64,000 nt of DNA, from NCBI GenBank assembly GCA_040285825.1, contig JAUPSS010000004.1, positions 1,654,550 through 1,718,549 on the forward strand. Reading direction: 5' to 3'. Of the stretch, positions 25,186-35,958 are shown piece after piece; the stretch's first letter is position 1, and each line of letters begins with the position of its first letter. Source of the DNA: Eukaryota sp. TZLM1-RC (Eukaryota; Protista; Metamonada: BaSk clade). The notes under the pieces are model-generated. The model was not told the DNA's origin. It did no database searches and saw only the letters and a list, made by a program, of their open reading frames with translations. The position numbers were made by a program, and so were the translations under genes.

Positions 25186-26892
25186 CTAAGCCCAGGTTCT
25201 ATTAACATGTTTCCTTTTTGGAACACTACTGGCTGAACCTACAACATCAGTAGAATCAACAATAAAAGAAGGCAAAACTAACGAAGAATCAAATGCAAAG
25301 GATCTATATCTAAGTAAATCATTTGGGAAGCCCAACTGAATAGCCAAAATATTTACCTTATAGAGGTCAACATGTGGGTGAAAAGATGACGTGACGATCT
25401 GCAATTGATTTGAAAAACAATCAAAAGATTTAATTAAACCAAAACCAATTAATTTTGCTGATTTACTGGGTCTACTATTCAGAATTTTAGGGGCACTTGA
25501 CACCTCCAAATTTTCATCAAAATAAAGGGAAACAAGGTAACAAACTATATTGGATCCCAACTTGCGCATATAAAGCTCACTATTCGAAATTTTGGTAAGG
25601 AAAGAAGGCAGATACAGCGGTGGGCTGAATAGAACCAACCCTAATGATCGCAAATCAACAAGATGTGATCTCTTCTCGAAAATTTGTGATGTGAGAAGTT
25701 CATAATACTGCATAACCTTAACAGAGCCGGTAGTAACTAATTCGATTATCTTGTTAATTAAACCAAGTATGCATTCTAAGTCATTCAACCAAGCAAAAGT
25801 TAAAGAATCTCTCAAAATCTGGGGTTTTAGTTTATTATAATCAAGTTCTAATGAAACTTCACTCTTTTCCATTCTTGGTAGAGAAAAAACTAAATAAGAA
25901 GGCTCAATGACAGGGCATGACGTGTCATTTTGAGCTTGATTGATGACATCAGCACCCCATGATTGCCAGTCAGAAACGTTGGTTTCCGATGCCAAGATGA
26001 TTGGTGATACCTTTTTAAATCCTCTTTGTGATAAATAGCTTTGAAACTTGCCCAATAAAGTGATTAACAATTCTTTACCAAAACCAGAAGTCCAACCACA
26101 CGTGTTAATGACGATTGGTGACGTGTCAAAGTTGCTGATTACGAACTTGAACAGTCGACACGCAAGATCTATATAGAAGGGAATATCTGAAGATGGCGTA
26201 TTTGACGCAAATGAAAAAGTTTTGATTAATTCTAAACTATTTGATTCGGCATTCAAAAGCCTGCCTATTGAGGAAGGAGTGACAATTGATTTGATTGAAA
26301 CTGCCGACATATGGTTGGGTGGAGCAAAAAATGATTGACCACAATCAAGATCAATCAAAGTCACCTTCTGATTACGAGAAGCAGTTAGAAATGACGACAA
26401 ATATGAACAAAAAACAGATTTACCAGAGTCTTTGGCTCCTACTACAAAGTAAATTTGAGGAGAAACAGATCCCTGTCCCTGAGCAAAAGATTCCCAACAA
26501 GGAGGAATTACAAGAGGGGTATACGAGCAAGAGGAAGGGTCTGATATGGGAATGAAAGAAGTAACAGGGTACAGTGGAGCCATGGGGGGTGAGTCAGGTA
26601 GAGAAGGTTGAGTGGGAAAGGAGTTGTGAAGGGTGAAAGTAGTGGCTTCTGATGTGGATTGAAGGTAAAGAAGAGGACCAAAAGGAAGGGAGCAGATAAA
26701 GGAGTGAGGTTTGGTGAGCTGGACACCGCCAATCAAAAGAGATCCAGATTGAACAGTAATGTTGGCATAACCTACAAAGGGAAGGACACAATTAGCAGGA
26801 ACAATGACCTGTGCATGGGAGTCTGTGGATGTGACTTTAGTTAAGTCCCAGTTGCTTTGATAAAGGAGTTCTATATTAGAATCATCAGTCAT
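25186..26892 (-). CDS. NOL9: Polynucleotide 5'-hydroxyl kinase NOL9/Grc3 (Clp1 family)
   Basis: P-loop VVGAKDSGKS, LIDLDCGQS..PP and IVINTCGW. Confidence 0.85.
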   Translation of the reverse strand: MTDDSNIELLYQSNWDLTKVTSTDSHAQVIVPANCVLPFVGYANITVQSGSLLIGGVQLTKPHSFICSLPFGPLLYLQSTSEATTFTLHNSFPTQPSLPDSPPMAPLYPVTSFIPISDPSSCSYTPLVIPPCWESFAQGQGSVSPQIYFVVGAKDSGKSVFCSYLSSFLTASRNQKVTLIDLDCGQSFFAPPNHMSAVSIKSIVTPSSIGRLLNAESNSLELIKTFSFASNTPSSDIPFYIDLACRLFKFVISNFDTSPIVINTCGWTSGFGKELLITLLGKFQSYLSQRGFKKVSPIILASETNVSDWQSWGADVINQAQNDTSCPVIEPSYLVFSLPRMEKSEVSLELDYNKLKPQILRDSLTFAWLNDLECILGLINKIIELVTTGSVKVMQYYELLTSQIFEKRSHLVDLRSLGLVLFSPPLYLPSFLTKISNSELYMRKLGSNIVCYLVSLYFDENLEVSSAPKILNSRPSKSAKLIGFGLIKSFDCFSNQLQIVTSSFHPHVDLYKVNILAIQLGFPNDLLRYRSFAFDSSLVLPSFIVDSTDVVGSASSVPKRKHVNRTWA

Positions 26893-26958
26893 TGTTAGAG
26901 ATGTTGTCTATAACAATGAAATAAGTGTCCTTTTTACACCAATGTAGAGGGACTGAGT
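26893..26958 (-). promoter_or_regulatory. Shared ATG-proximal cassette, copy 2 (NOL9)
   Basis: Minus strand ACTCAGTCCCTCTACATTGGTGTAAAAAGGACACTTATTTCATTGTTATAG-ACAACATCTCTAACA-ATG. Confidence 0.75.
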
Positions 26959-27099
26959 TTTTGGACCTATTGTGTAGGGTCGTGTATAAGTAATTGACTG
27001 ATTGTTGGACTTCAAAAATCGTTCAGAATTCTGCACATGTAGAAATTCAAAAAAAACTCAAAAAATGCATGTTTTTATTCTGTAAAGTGAAAAGCAATA

Positions 27100-28775
27100 T
27101 GTGAAGTAATTAAATCTGATCTTTCTGAGCTATCAAGAGTTTTCTACCAGTTTTATGGTAAAGAATCAGATTTAATATTTAATTTATTTGGTTCAAAATC
27201 ATCTTCTGGCGCGAGCAAATGTCTTCTGATTGGCTCTTCTGCTCATGATCTTGTGACAAACGATTCTGTTGTCCCTTTTACTAATAGTAGTGATGCTTCT
27301 AAGTTACTTGGTTGTTGGTTAGGAAATGTGCCTCAAATTCGGAATGAATTACAAGTTATTTTTGAAAAAATGAAAATTGAACTTGATTCAATTTCTTCTT
27401 TTGATTTAGAAAAACATATTAAATTTTTCATGCTTAAAATTTGCTGTACTGGGAGAATAACCCACATTTTGAGATTTTGTGCTCCTTTTATAGCACTCAA
27501 TTTTTGTTGTTCCTTTAATTCATTGAGAACAGAATTATTTACTGATTTATTGAATGTGAAATCAGGAATGTTGAAAAATCTTTTATTTTCTTCAGCAAAT
27601 TTGGGTGTTATTGGATTTGCTAAATCTTCTAATTTGTGTCGATCAGCATTTTTGGGTGGAGGTAAGAAATTTATTCATGAACTTTCTGGTAGATTTCCTG
27701 AAGTTTTTCAATTGTTAGTTCTCAGTTTCAGTCCATATTTGCATGAGTTATTTTGTGAACTTGATAGATTGCCACCACAAATTTGGACCAAATGTTTTCC
27801 TCAATCAATTCAAGAAATTCCAAACCGATCTCTTTTTAATTTGCAGTTTTGCTGTAAAAAGCTTCAACAAAGATTGTCAAAGATTTTTGAAATCGTGGAT
27901 TCTGATGTTAGACTTGGCTTGGCCAAGAAAAAGAATCCCGCTTTTGCAAATCTTTTACAAGATATGTGTGACAGTACTTCTTCTGTCTTAGTAACAACAA
28001 TTCCACAAGTTTATGGTACTCTCTTATCCGATTCTGCTTGGACTCTGAATATGAGATTTCGTTCCTTTATCTGGCCTGATAATTTACCTCATAATTTAAT
28101 TTGTAAATGTTTCCGAGAAATGGCAACTACTCATTTGTTAAATTGTAAACATTTTATTACTTTTAGAAGCAAGGTTCACGATGCTGTAAGAGACCAGTTA
28201 TATTGTATGTGTAAGTCTCATAGAATTGAATCCTTCTTGGAACCTCTGTTGTCAAATCTGTTTGATACTGAAAATGATTATCATAAGAATAATAGAGGTG
28301 ATGTCTCATTACCTGCATTAGATGGAACCTTCATTTTATTGGATGCAATGTCTGTTGATCTTTGTAATGCCTCAAATGAAAGGCTTGCTAATTCTGAAAT
28401 TCATAATCCTCTTTCAAATGCTGAAAATTTCAAAATCAAAAAAATACAATAAACCTCTGTCCAAATTGTCCAGTAAACAGCATGCAAAATACAATTTGTA
28501 TTCATTTGCATTTTTTCTATTTGGTTCACTTGTTTAAATGGCTATACATTTTTTCGGCAGATTTGGCAGTAACTATAAAGAGAAGAACTAACAGAAATTT
28601 CAACAGATTGTTTTGGCAAAACAGAATTGTGTTTTCTATTTTTAAGGGGATGTTGAAGATGGTTGCTGATGTTTTGTTTTCTTTTGGATCTCACTGTGAG
28701 AGAATCGCATCTACTGTTTTTGTTTTGGGAGATATGAATTATTTAGATGTTGATTTATAGGTTTTTAATAAAATT
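27100..28775 (+). mobile_element. RLE non-LTR retrotransposon family B with RT core deleted
   Basis: ORF 27253-28452 has the post-RT region (KLLGCWLG), Zn knuckle and RLE. Upstream, SSG joins directly to SKCLLIG, so the QGD/YxDD region is absent. Confidence 0.85.
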
Positions 28776-29201
28776 AATAATACAAAGAAATGCATGTTTT
28801 TATATACGCTAATAAATCTTATTAATAATACTGTAGATATTCTTTCCCACACTCACTCATCATTGTGGTACCATTAGTCTATCATGTTAATTATCATGAA
28901 TATGAAATTACGTAATCCTGTACATGTGTAGAGCACTGTTAACATCACTATCCAATCCTATTTGTTGATGAATTGGAAACAGATGACATGAAGAAAGTGG
29001 AATGGTGATGTGAATGAATTGAGTCCATTGAAAAGAAGACAAAAAGAAAGGGGAAGAAATGATGAATTGGTAGGAAAATATGGTTGTAAATGGTTCCACT
29101 GTTATGCACAAACAAACCAAATGAAAATCAAACCAAAATAATCAAAAAGGAAAAACCATTTACACCCCTAGTACAAAATAATAAATTTGTGACGTCACAT
29201 T

Positions 29202-30536
29202 TTTTGGCGCTTTAAGGCTTATATAATATGATTGGAAAATAAATCAACTTTTCCTCATAGACTTCTCTTTACTACAATAGACATTAGGCCACAATAATTA
29301 TTGGCCATTTTAAAGTCAAAAGGTATACCATAACTTCAGCATTAGTGAACATACTAGTAACCATGTTCCAGAAACCTTCACAGCATGTCAGACATCATTC
29401 AGCAAGATATCTCTGACCCCAATTCCTCACCTAACATACAGCAACAGGAACCAGCAAGATACACACATACACATAACGAAGAAGGTAACGAGGTAACGGA
29501 CCCGGATCCCACCTCCCCCTACAAGAAAGAAGAAGTTGAAAGAGAGGACGAGGTCCCTCCTTCAGACGAGAAAGAGGTAACGAGAACGGACCCGGCTCCC
29601 TCTCCCCTCCCCAATATAGAACCTGTCTCAAAGGGTACGGATGAAAATCCTGCCTTAGACACGTTTTCCCCACTGGGAGAGTATGAAGAAATTCAATCTC
29701 AATTAGATGAGATGGAAGAAGAAGACGACTCCAGTGATGCAGTCTACAAACTCTTAACAAGGACGCAGAGCCTTACCTCGATTCCATGGACTTTTATCCA
29801 TACAAGCAGCTCCCTTCCTTTATGGACCCAACACAAAAAAAGTCGACTACATACGAGGTTACAAATAGAGACTCCACCTCCACTATTATTGACTACAATG
29901 GCAAATATACGGTCGTTGCTCCTCTGATATTTTGAGTCGTAAAGGCAGTACTTCAACAACAAAAGACGCCGCCTTCAGGTTTCTGAAGTTTGTTACTTCG
30001 CTTACTGTTGTTTTTGATCCAACATAGACCCTGCATGAACACTAGCGAATCCATTCTTCGATTCCATGATATCTTTACTAAACGACACTATCACGTTACT
30101 CGTTTACGAAAAAGGGAAGAAGCAGAGCGTATTCATGTAGCGATTAAAACATACACAACAAAGTAATCAAACATATAGATCATGGAACAAGGCCCTTTTC
30201 AGTTATTACTTACTATCTTATACTAACATTATTGTAGGAGAGTCATAATACATCAATTGTCGATCTTAAGAATGTAAAACCAGTGTTTGCGTGAATCCCA
30301 ATCACTGCTAAAATATTTGTAGACAATAGAAAACATAGGAATTTGGTATTTAGTTCTTAGTAGTCATAGTTATTTAGTTATTTGTTCATAGTTTTAGTTT
30401 CATATTTCTATAAGCTGATTTATTTTGAAAAAGGGAAGAAGCAGTGTTGGCGCCCTAAGGCTTATATAATATGATTAGAAAATAAATCAACTTTTCCTCA
30501 TTGACTTCTTTTTACTACAATAGACTTTAGGCAACA
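29202..30536 (+). mobile_element. Small non-autonomous LTR retrotransposon (92-bp LTRs, PPT, 4-bp TSD CATT)
   Basis: Direct repeats at 29202-29293 and 30445-30536 (3' copy TGTTG...CAACA). Purine tract GAAAAAGGGAAGAAGCAG lies immediately before the 3' LTR. CATT flanks both ends. Contains an acidic/Pro-rich ORF at 29385-29927. Confidence 0.8.
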
Positions 30537-31157
30537 CATTGACGTATTTTGTGCAACCATACTATGAATTTATGTTCATATGTGTCTTTTCTTTCGAAGA
30601 ACATGAAAAAATACTTTTGATTGATAGATAACCTAGCCCCAATGTCTCATTTGGGTTTGTTTTCTTCTTCGCAAACTTCTATGCTGTCATAAAGGACACT
30701 TGGTTACAAGGATGGCAATAAAATGTATTTGTTTAGGATTTCTATGGATTTCAAATCAAATGTAAATTGTTGATAATATGATGGAAAAAATGATTGAAGA
30801 AGTGGATGTCTGTATATAGAGCTTTTACATTTTCAATAAATCTGAATCACCAAGTGTAAATGAACAAAATGGCTGTGATGAGAACCGATTCCCAACCTCA
30901 ACAATTCTCGACTTGAAATGACACTGATTTTTCTTTCAATTTAATCATTCTTCAATTTAATGGCCTTGAAAATAGAATATAATTAATTGCAGTTCCGAAC
31001 TTGATAAGTCTAAAAGAAAATACTGTATTGAGATAAGACCAAACCAAAGACTTTGTAAAATCAACAGAGGTACTGTAAAGCTCATTCACCATAGAAAAGA
31101 ACGGTTTAGAGAACAAGAATTTTAATCAATGAACAGACATTTATTTGAGTTGCCAAA

Positions 31158-31221
31158 CACTGTCCCTCTACATTGGTGTACAAAGGAAACTTTTTCATTG
31201 TTATAGCTCACATCTGTAAGA
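31158..31221 (+). promoter_or_regulatory. Shared ATG-proximal cassette, copy 3 (LRR gene)
   Basis: GTCCCTCTACATTGGTGTACAAAGGAAACTTTTTCATTGTTATAG-CTCACATCTGTAAGA-ATG. Confidence 0.75.
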
Positions 31222-33369
31222 ATGGATCGTTTGCAAGCTCTTCTTTCAGAGGATCCCCATGCTTCCGTTGTTGACCTCTCTAATTGTGATATTAAAGGTG
31301 TAGGTCCCTTGACTTCTCTTCTGGGCCAGTTTACTTCATTAACGCATCTTGTTCTATCAAACAACCATGTTTCCAGTCTTCCTGAAGATCTCTCTCATTG
31401 CCTACCGCATCTACGTACACTCGACATTTCATATAACCCCATTGAAAATGTTCACTCTGTTCTTCCTGGACTTCAATCGCTCCCCAAGCTTCGCCACCTT
31501 TTTATCAACCTTCCAGACGAGGAGCAGGAAGATGAAGTCATTGTTACTCTCATCTATTTGCGCACTTTTAACAATGTCCAACTACCTGAAGCTGATGAGA
31601 GCGAAGACGAAGAACAAGTGGCAGACACTCCCAAGATGTTGTCCGCTAACTCTAACCCCAACTTTAACCCCAAACCAACCCCAACCCCAAACCCCCCTCC
31701 CGCTAATGAAGTCACCATGGACCCTCTCAACGATTATGAGTTACCCTTGCTGGCTGACCTCTATACCAGAATTTGCTCAATGATTGGTTACCAAGATGAT
31801 TCTATTTTTGAATCTCACTGCTCTGATGTCTTTAAAAATCAAGCAGATCTAAACGGAAAAGTCAAGGATGTTCAAGCCCAGGAAGCTCTTTTTGACCTAT
31901 GTAGATTGGAACTCTTCAGTGTTTTATTTAAGCCTATTTGTCAGGTTTTGAGCAAGAATTCCCCTGAAGTTGGGTCAATAGTCAGAACTATTTTTGACCG
32001 TGTTTCCCGTGCCACGTCATCCATCACGTCATCTGTCACATCATCAGTCTCCGATTTAGTCCAAAAACTGGGTTCAGCTAGGGAATCATTACTTGCAGCT
32101 GAAAGGGAAACCACAGATTTACTTCACGCAGCAGAACTTTTGGAACAGGAAACCAAGACCCACAGAAACGAAAGACAAGCAGTAATGAATCAGTTTGAAA
32201 AGGAAAAAAGACAATTGAGAGAAGAAATTGGGTTATTAAAGGTTGAAAATGAGAAACTCAATATTAGGGTTCGTCAGTTGAGTACTCAGCAAGCCCGAAG
32301 AGCTCAAAAGGAAGGTCAGATCACATCATCTAGGTCAGAAGTGATTGAAGTCAAGGATAGTCCTCGTGAAGTCAAGAAGAATCACTCTGATGACGATCTA
32401 GTTCGAGCAAAGAGTATGATCTCTTCCCTAATGGCCACCGCTCCCAAGCCGACTGTATCTAAGCATAGGGACTTAACCCTCAAACAAACCACTGAACTCA
32501 TTGAAGAAATTTGGGAAAGTAAAGTAAAAACGGATAAGAGAAACCTTAATGCTAAAATTCCTCTGGAAACTCTCAATGAGCATATCTTTTCTTATCTTAA
32601 TACTAAATATGGATTACCTTCATTAGTAATGGAGATGGCTGGAGCTTTGACCAATGCCATCCATAGATACAAGACACAGTCGAACTTCATTGCGGTGTTC
32701 TTTCATACATTACGGAGTGAAATTGATGAAGAATTTAGACATGTGCAAACTCAATTAGAAAAGACTGTCAATGAACTATTGAGGGCCCAGCTGAGGGTTA
32801 AAAATCCTTATCTTTCGGAACGGGATTTGTCAATCAAAGTCAAGAAGAAGGTCAAGGGTTTTCTGAGCGAAGAAGAGTGGGTTGATGTCATCTCTTACCT
32901 TTATGCACATGAAGATGCCGTTTCTGTCACAATGAAGGTTAAACTTGAAGTTCAACGTACGAATCCCAAGCCAAAATCCTTATCTCCCGCCACGAGACTT
33001 CGTCTTCAACAACTACAAACTGTAGGACGTCTTGACCAGCATGATGAGGAAACCAGGGTAGCCTTGAATCCTAGTGAAGCAAGCAAAATTTCTTATGATA
33101 ATTTCTTGAAGGTTTTGCTCGATTTTCAGCTTGATGGACATTTGAAATTTTTGTCAAATTTTGTTGTTTTGTTTAAAAAAGTCGATGGTGACTTGGACGG
33201 AGCTATCTTTGAAGCTGAATTTATTGAATTAATGAAGTTGCTAGATAATTCAAAAAGTCAGATTCAAATAACCAATGCTATTAATCAGTTTGACCCGCAC
33301 GGAATTGGAAGGTTTACTTTTAGTCAATGTGTTCAATTTCTATCAAATGAGTTGGTTAAGGAAACCTAG
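31222..33369 (+). CDS. Leucine-rich-repeat / coiled-coil protein with C-terminal EF-hand-like motifs
   Basis: LxxLxLxxN repeats (LTHLVLSNN, LRTLDISYN), a central coiled coil, and DGDLDGAIFEAEF and DPHGIGRF. Confidence 0.85.
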   Translation: MDRLQALLSEDPHASVVDLSNCDIKGVGPLTSLLGQFTSLTHLVLSNNHVSSLPEDLSHCLPHLRTLDISYNPIENVHSVLPGLQSLPKLRHLFINLPDEEQEDEVIVTLIYLRTFNNVQLPEADESEDEEQVADTPKMLSANSNPNFNPKPTPTPNPPPANEVTMDPLNDYELPLLADLYTRICSMIGYQDDSIFESHCSDVFKNQADLNGKVKDVQAQEALFDLCRLELFSVLFKPICQVLSKNSPEVGSIVRTIFDRVSRATSSITSSVTSSVSDLVQKLGSARESLLAAERETTDLLHAAELLEQETKTHRNERQAVMNQFEKEKRQLREEIGLLKVENEKLNIRVRQLSTQQARRAQKEGQITSSRSEVIEVKDSPREVKKNHSDDDLVRAKSMISSLMATAPKPTVSKHRDLTLKQTTELIEEIWESKVKTDKRNLNAKIPLETLNEHIFSYLNTKYGLPSLVMEMAGALTNAIHRYKTQSNFIAVFFHTLRSEIDEEFRHVQTQLEKTVNELLRAQLRVKNPYLSERDLSIKVKKKVKGFLSEEEWVDVISYLYAHEDAVSVTMKVKLEVQRTNPKPKSLSPATRLRLQQLQTVGRLDQHDEETRVALNPSEASKISYDNFLKVLLDFQLDGHLKFLSNFVVLFKKVDGDLDGAIFEAEFIELMKLLDNSKSQIQITNAINQFDPHGIGRFTFSQCVQFLSNELVKET

Positions 33370-33990
33370 AAATTTTAGAAATTTTTGTATTTTATATTTA
33401 TAAATGACTTTAAATACCTTTTCTTTGAGCAACAAAGCCACTTAAACGAGATAATATCTATACACTTAAAAAATGAAAATTAAAAATGAAAATTACGAAA
33501 CAGTGCTGGAAGCTGTTGAAAAAAGACAAAACTGGAAAAATAGATTCCCAGCCACTGCAAGCCAACCACAGCACTTCAGCAGTAGGTGGAAGGTACAACT
33601 GATAGACAAAGCAGTACCGATGTTAATGAGTTGATCTTGCAGGGCTAGTCTTTGAATTACTTTTGAACTTTTAGGGGTTGTTCAACTATTAATGTCAATC
33701 AATGTTTCTACCGATGTCATTTACCTTGATCCATACTTTATATAGTTTTCATGTAGTGATTGTACAACTGTATAAATTGATAATAATATAATTATAAAAT
33801 TAATTAGTCTTAAAAATAATTTACAGGTGAACCGTGAACGCAACGGTCTGAAGAAATCTAATAAACCAACAACAATTCAATGGCTTGAACAGTTCTGTTA
33901 CGGAATATGAGTAGAAACCCAAAGAAAATTGTTGGCAAAGGAAAACAGTTGAACAATGAATAAGCTCTCTCATAACGTAGATGCGAAAAA

Positions 33991-34191
33991 CTAGTCTTTT
34001 TGTTCATAGGAGTTCTTCTGAATCATCTGATGTAGTGACGACTTAATGAAGTCTACACTTTGTGGAAAGACTATGATATGAGTTTCGTCAACATCTTGAA
34101 CAATGAACGACTTTTCCCGATTGAGTTGCAAGATGAACTCTTTAACTGCTGGATCACATTCAAGCAAGCAACCTGAAACTTCCTTCACCAT
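33991..34191 (-). CDS. GTF2H5: TFIIH subunit TTDA/Tfb5
   Basis: MVKEVSGCLLECDPAVKEFILQL..FIVQDVDETHI. Confidence 0.9.
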   Translation of the reverse strand: MVKEVSGCLLECDPAVKEFILQLNREKSFIVQDVDETHIIVFPQSVDFIKSSLHQMIQKNSYEQKD

Positions 34192-34276
34192 CAAGAAGTA
34201 AGTAAAAGTAATTTATTTTCCCAAACCAAATACACCATTGTTGCACTCTGTTTCAGCATACCTCTACTTAAGTGCA

Positions 34277-35695
34277 ATGTCCAACTCCATCTCACCAGCG
34301 GCTCAGCGAAGAGCCATGGCTACTAGAATGTTCCTTGACTCCTACTTTCGTGACTTGTCTCGTCGCACTGCTTCAAGATCAATAAGAGAACATGAACTAC
34401 AAAAACAACTGGCAGATCCGTCACTCTCTTCTGATCAAAAACAGTCTTTGATCAATGAGTTTAAAGCTCTAGAAACAGCATATTTACGATCATCAAGAGT
34501 AAAGTTAACCATTACTGACTTTGAAAGTGTTGCAGTAATTGGTCGAGGTGGTTTGTTTTCGTTAGTTATTAATTCCAGGGTTTGGTGAAGTCCGTCTAGT
34601 ACGTCATATCAATTCTGGGAAATACCTTGCGTTAAAAATACTCAGCAAGTCTAATATTGTCAAAAGAGGTTACATGGCACATGTATTGAACGAACGCGAG
34701 ATAATGAGTTCTTATTCACCATTCTTAGTCCAACTACATGCCTCTTTCACTACAACAGGCTACTTGTACTTATTGATGGACTATTGTGCTGGGGGAGATC
34801 TTATGGCTTTATTAATAGCCGAAGACATATTTCCTGAACATCAAGTGAGACTATATGCTGCAGAAATGGTAGAGGCTCTTTCTGTTACACATAGAAGAGG
34901 CTTTCTCCACCGTGATTTAAAACCAGACGTGTGTTTTCCTTTATTGACGACAATTAACTCTAGAACATATTGATAGATGCAGACGGCCACTTGAAGTTGG
35001 CCGATTTCGGTCTATCTACACAAGGTGAAGCCCCTCTCCGCCCTGCTGATGTCTATGCCGATATGCTAGCAGAATACAGACAGGAGAGCAACGATGGACC
35101 CCAACCATTACCTAGTGTTGCTGAAAAGTATAAAGCAAGAAGGAGGCGATTACGGGCTAGGTCCACGTGTGGAACTCCTGACTTTACTGCTCCTGAGGTA
35201 CTCCTACGGCGACCCTACTCAAATTGTATGTAGATTTCGTTACTTTTGACCATAGCTGTTGATTGGTGGAGTTTAGGCTGTATTATATACGAAATGCTTG
35301 TAGGATATGCTCCATTCTTTGCTCAAACTCAGTATGAAACTTGCAGAAGGATCGTCAATTGGAAGAAAACACTTAATTTTCCTCCTGGAAAGTGCTCTCC
35401 TCTCGCCGAAGATTTGATTCGTAAACTCTTATGCGAAGAACATATTCGTCTAGGTACCAAAAGTGTGACGGAGATTCGCAACCATCCTTTTTTTAAAGAT
35501 ATAGAATGGAAGAAGCTTAAGCTGACACAGGCTCCTTGGGTTCCAGAGTTGGAGAGTGAAGCAGATACCAGGTATTTTGATGAATTTCCTGATCACCAAG
35601 ATTTTTTTGAAGAAAAAGATGATGAAGCTGATATGTTCTTTAAAGGATTTTCATTTAGAAGTTTTGATTCAGTCAAGAATTTTGCACAATCTTGA
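34277..35695 (+). CDS. NDR/LATS-family AGC Ser/Thr kinase (introns 34551-34578, 34929-34963, 35226-35255)
   Basis: ETAYLRSSRVKL..DFE..VIGRGGFGEV, HRDLKPDN, DFGLS with long insert, STCGTPDF.APE, DWWSLG and C-terminal FKGFSF. Confidence 0.92.
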
Positions 35696-35958
35696 TTTGT
35701 TGTTTTTACTTAATTTTTATATGTTTTATTGATATTATTTGTTGAGGCATGAGGTAGGGATCATTGTATATTTGGTTTTCTTCATTTTGATAGAGTTTAT
35801 TTTGCACACATTGATTTTTCATTAATCTTGAAGCATAAATTGAACTGTTTTTTGCGTATTTATTCAAAAGAATTAATGAACATTTGGAATTTTAAATTTA
35901 TTTAGATTACAGTGATTGATTATCATCATCCATCTCCATTAACGTTCATCTCTAAACA

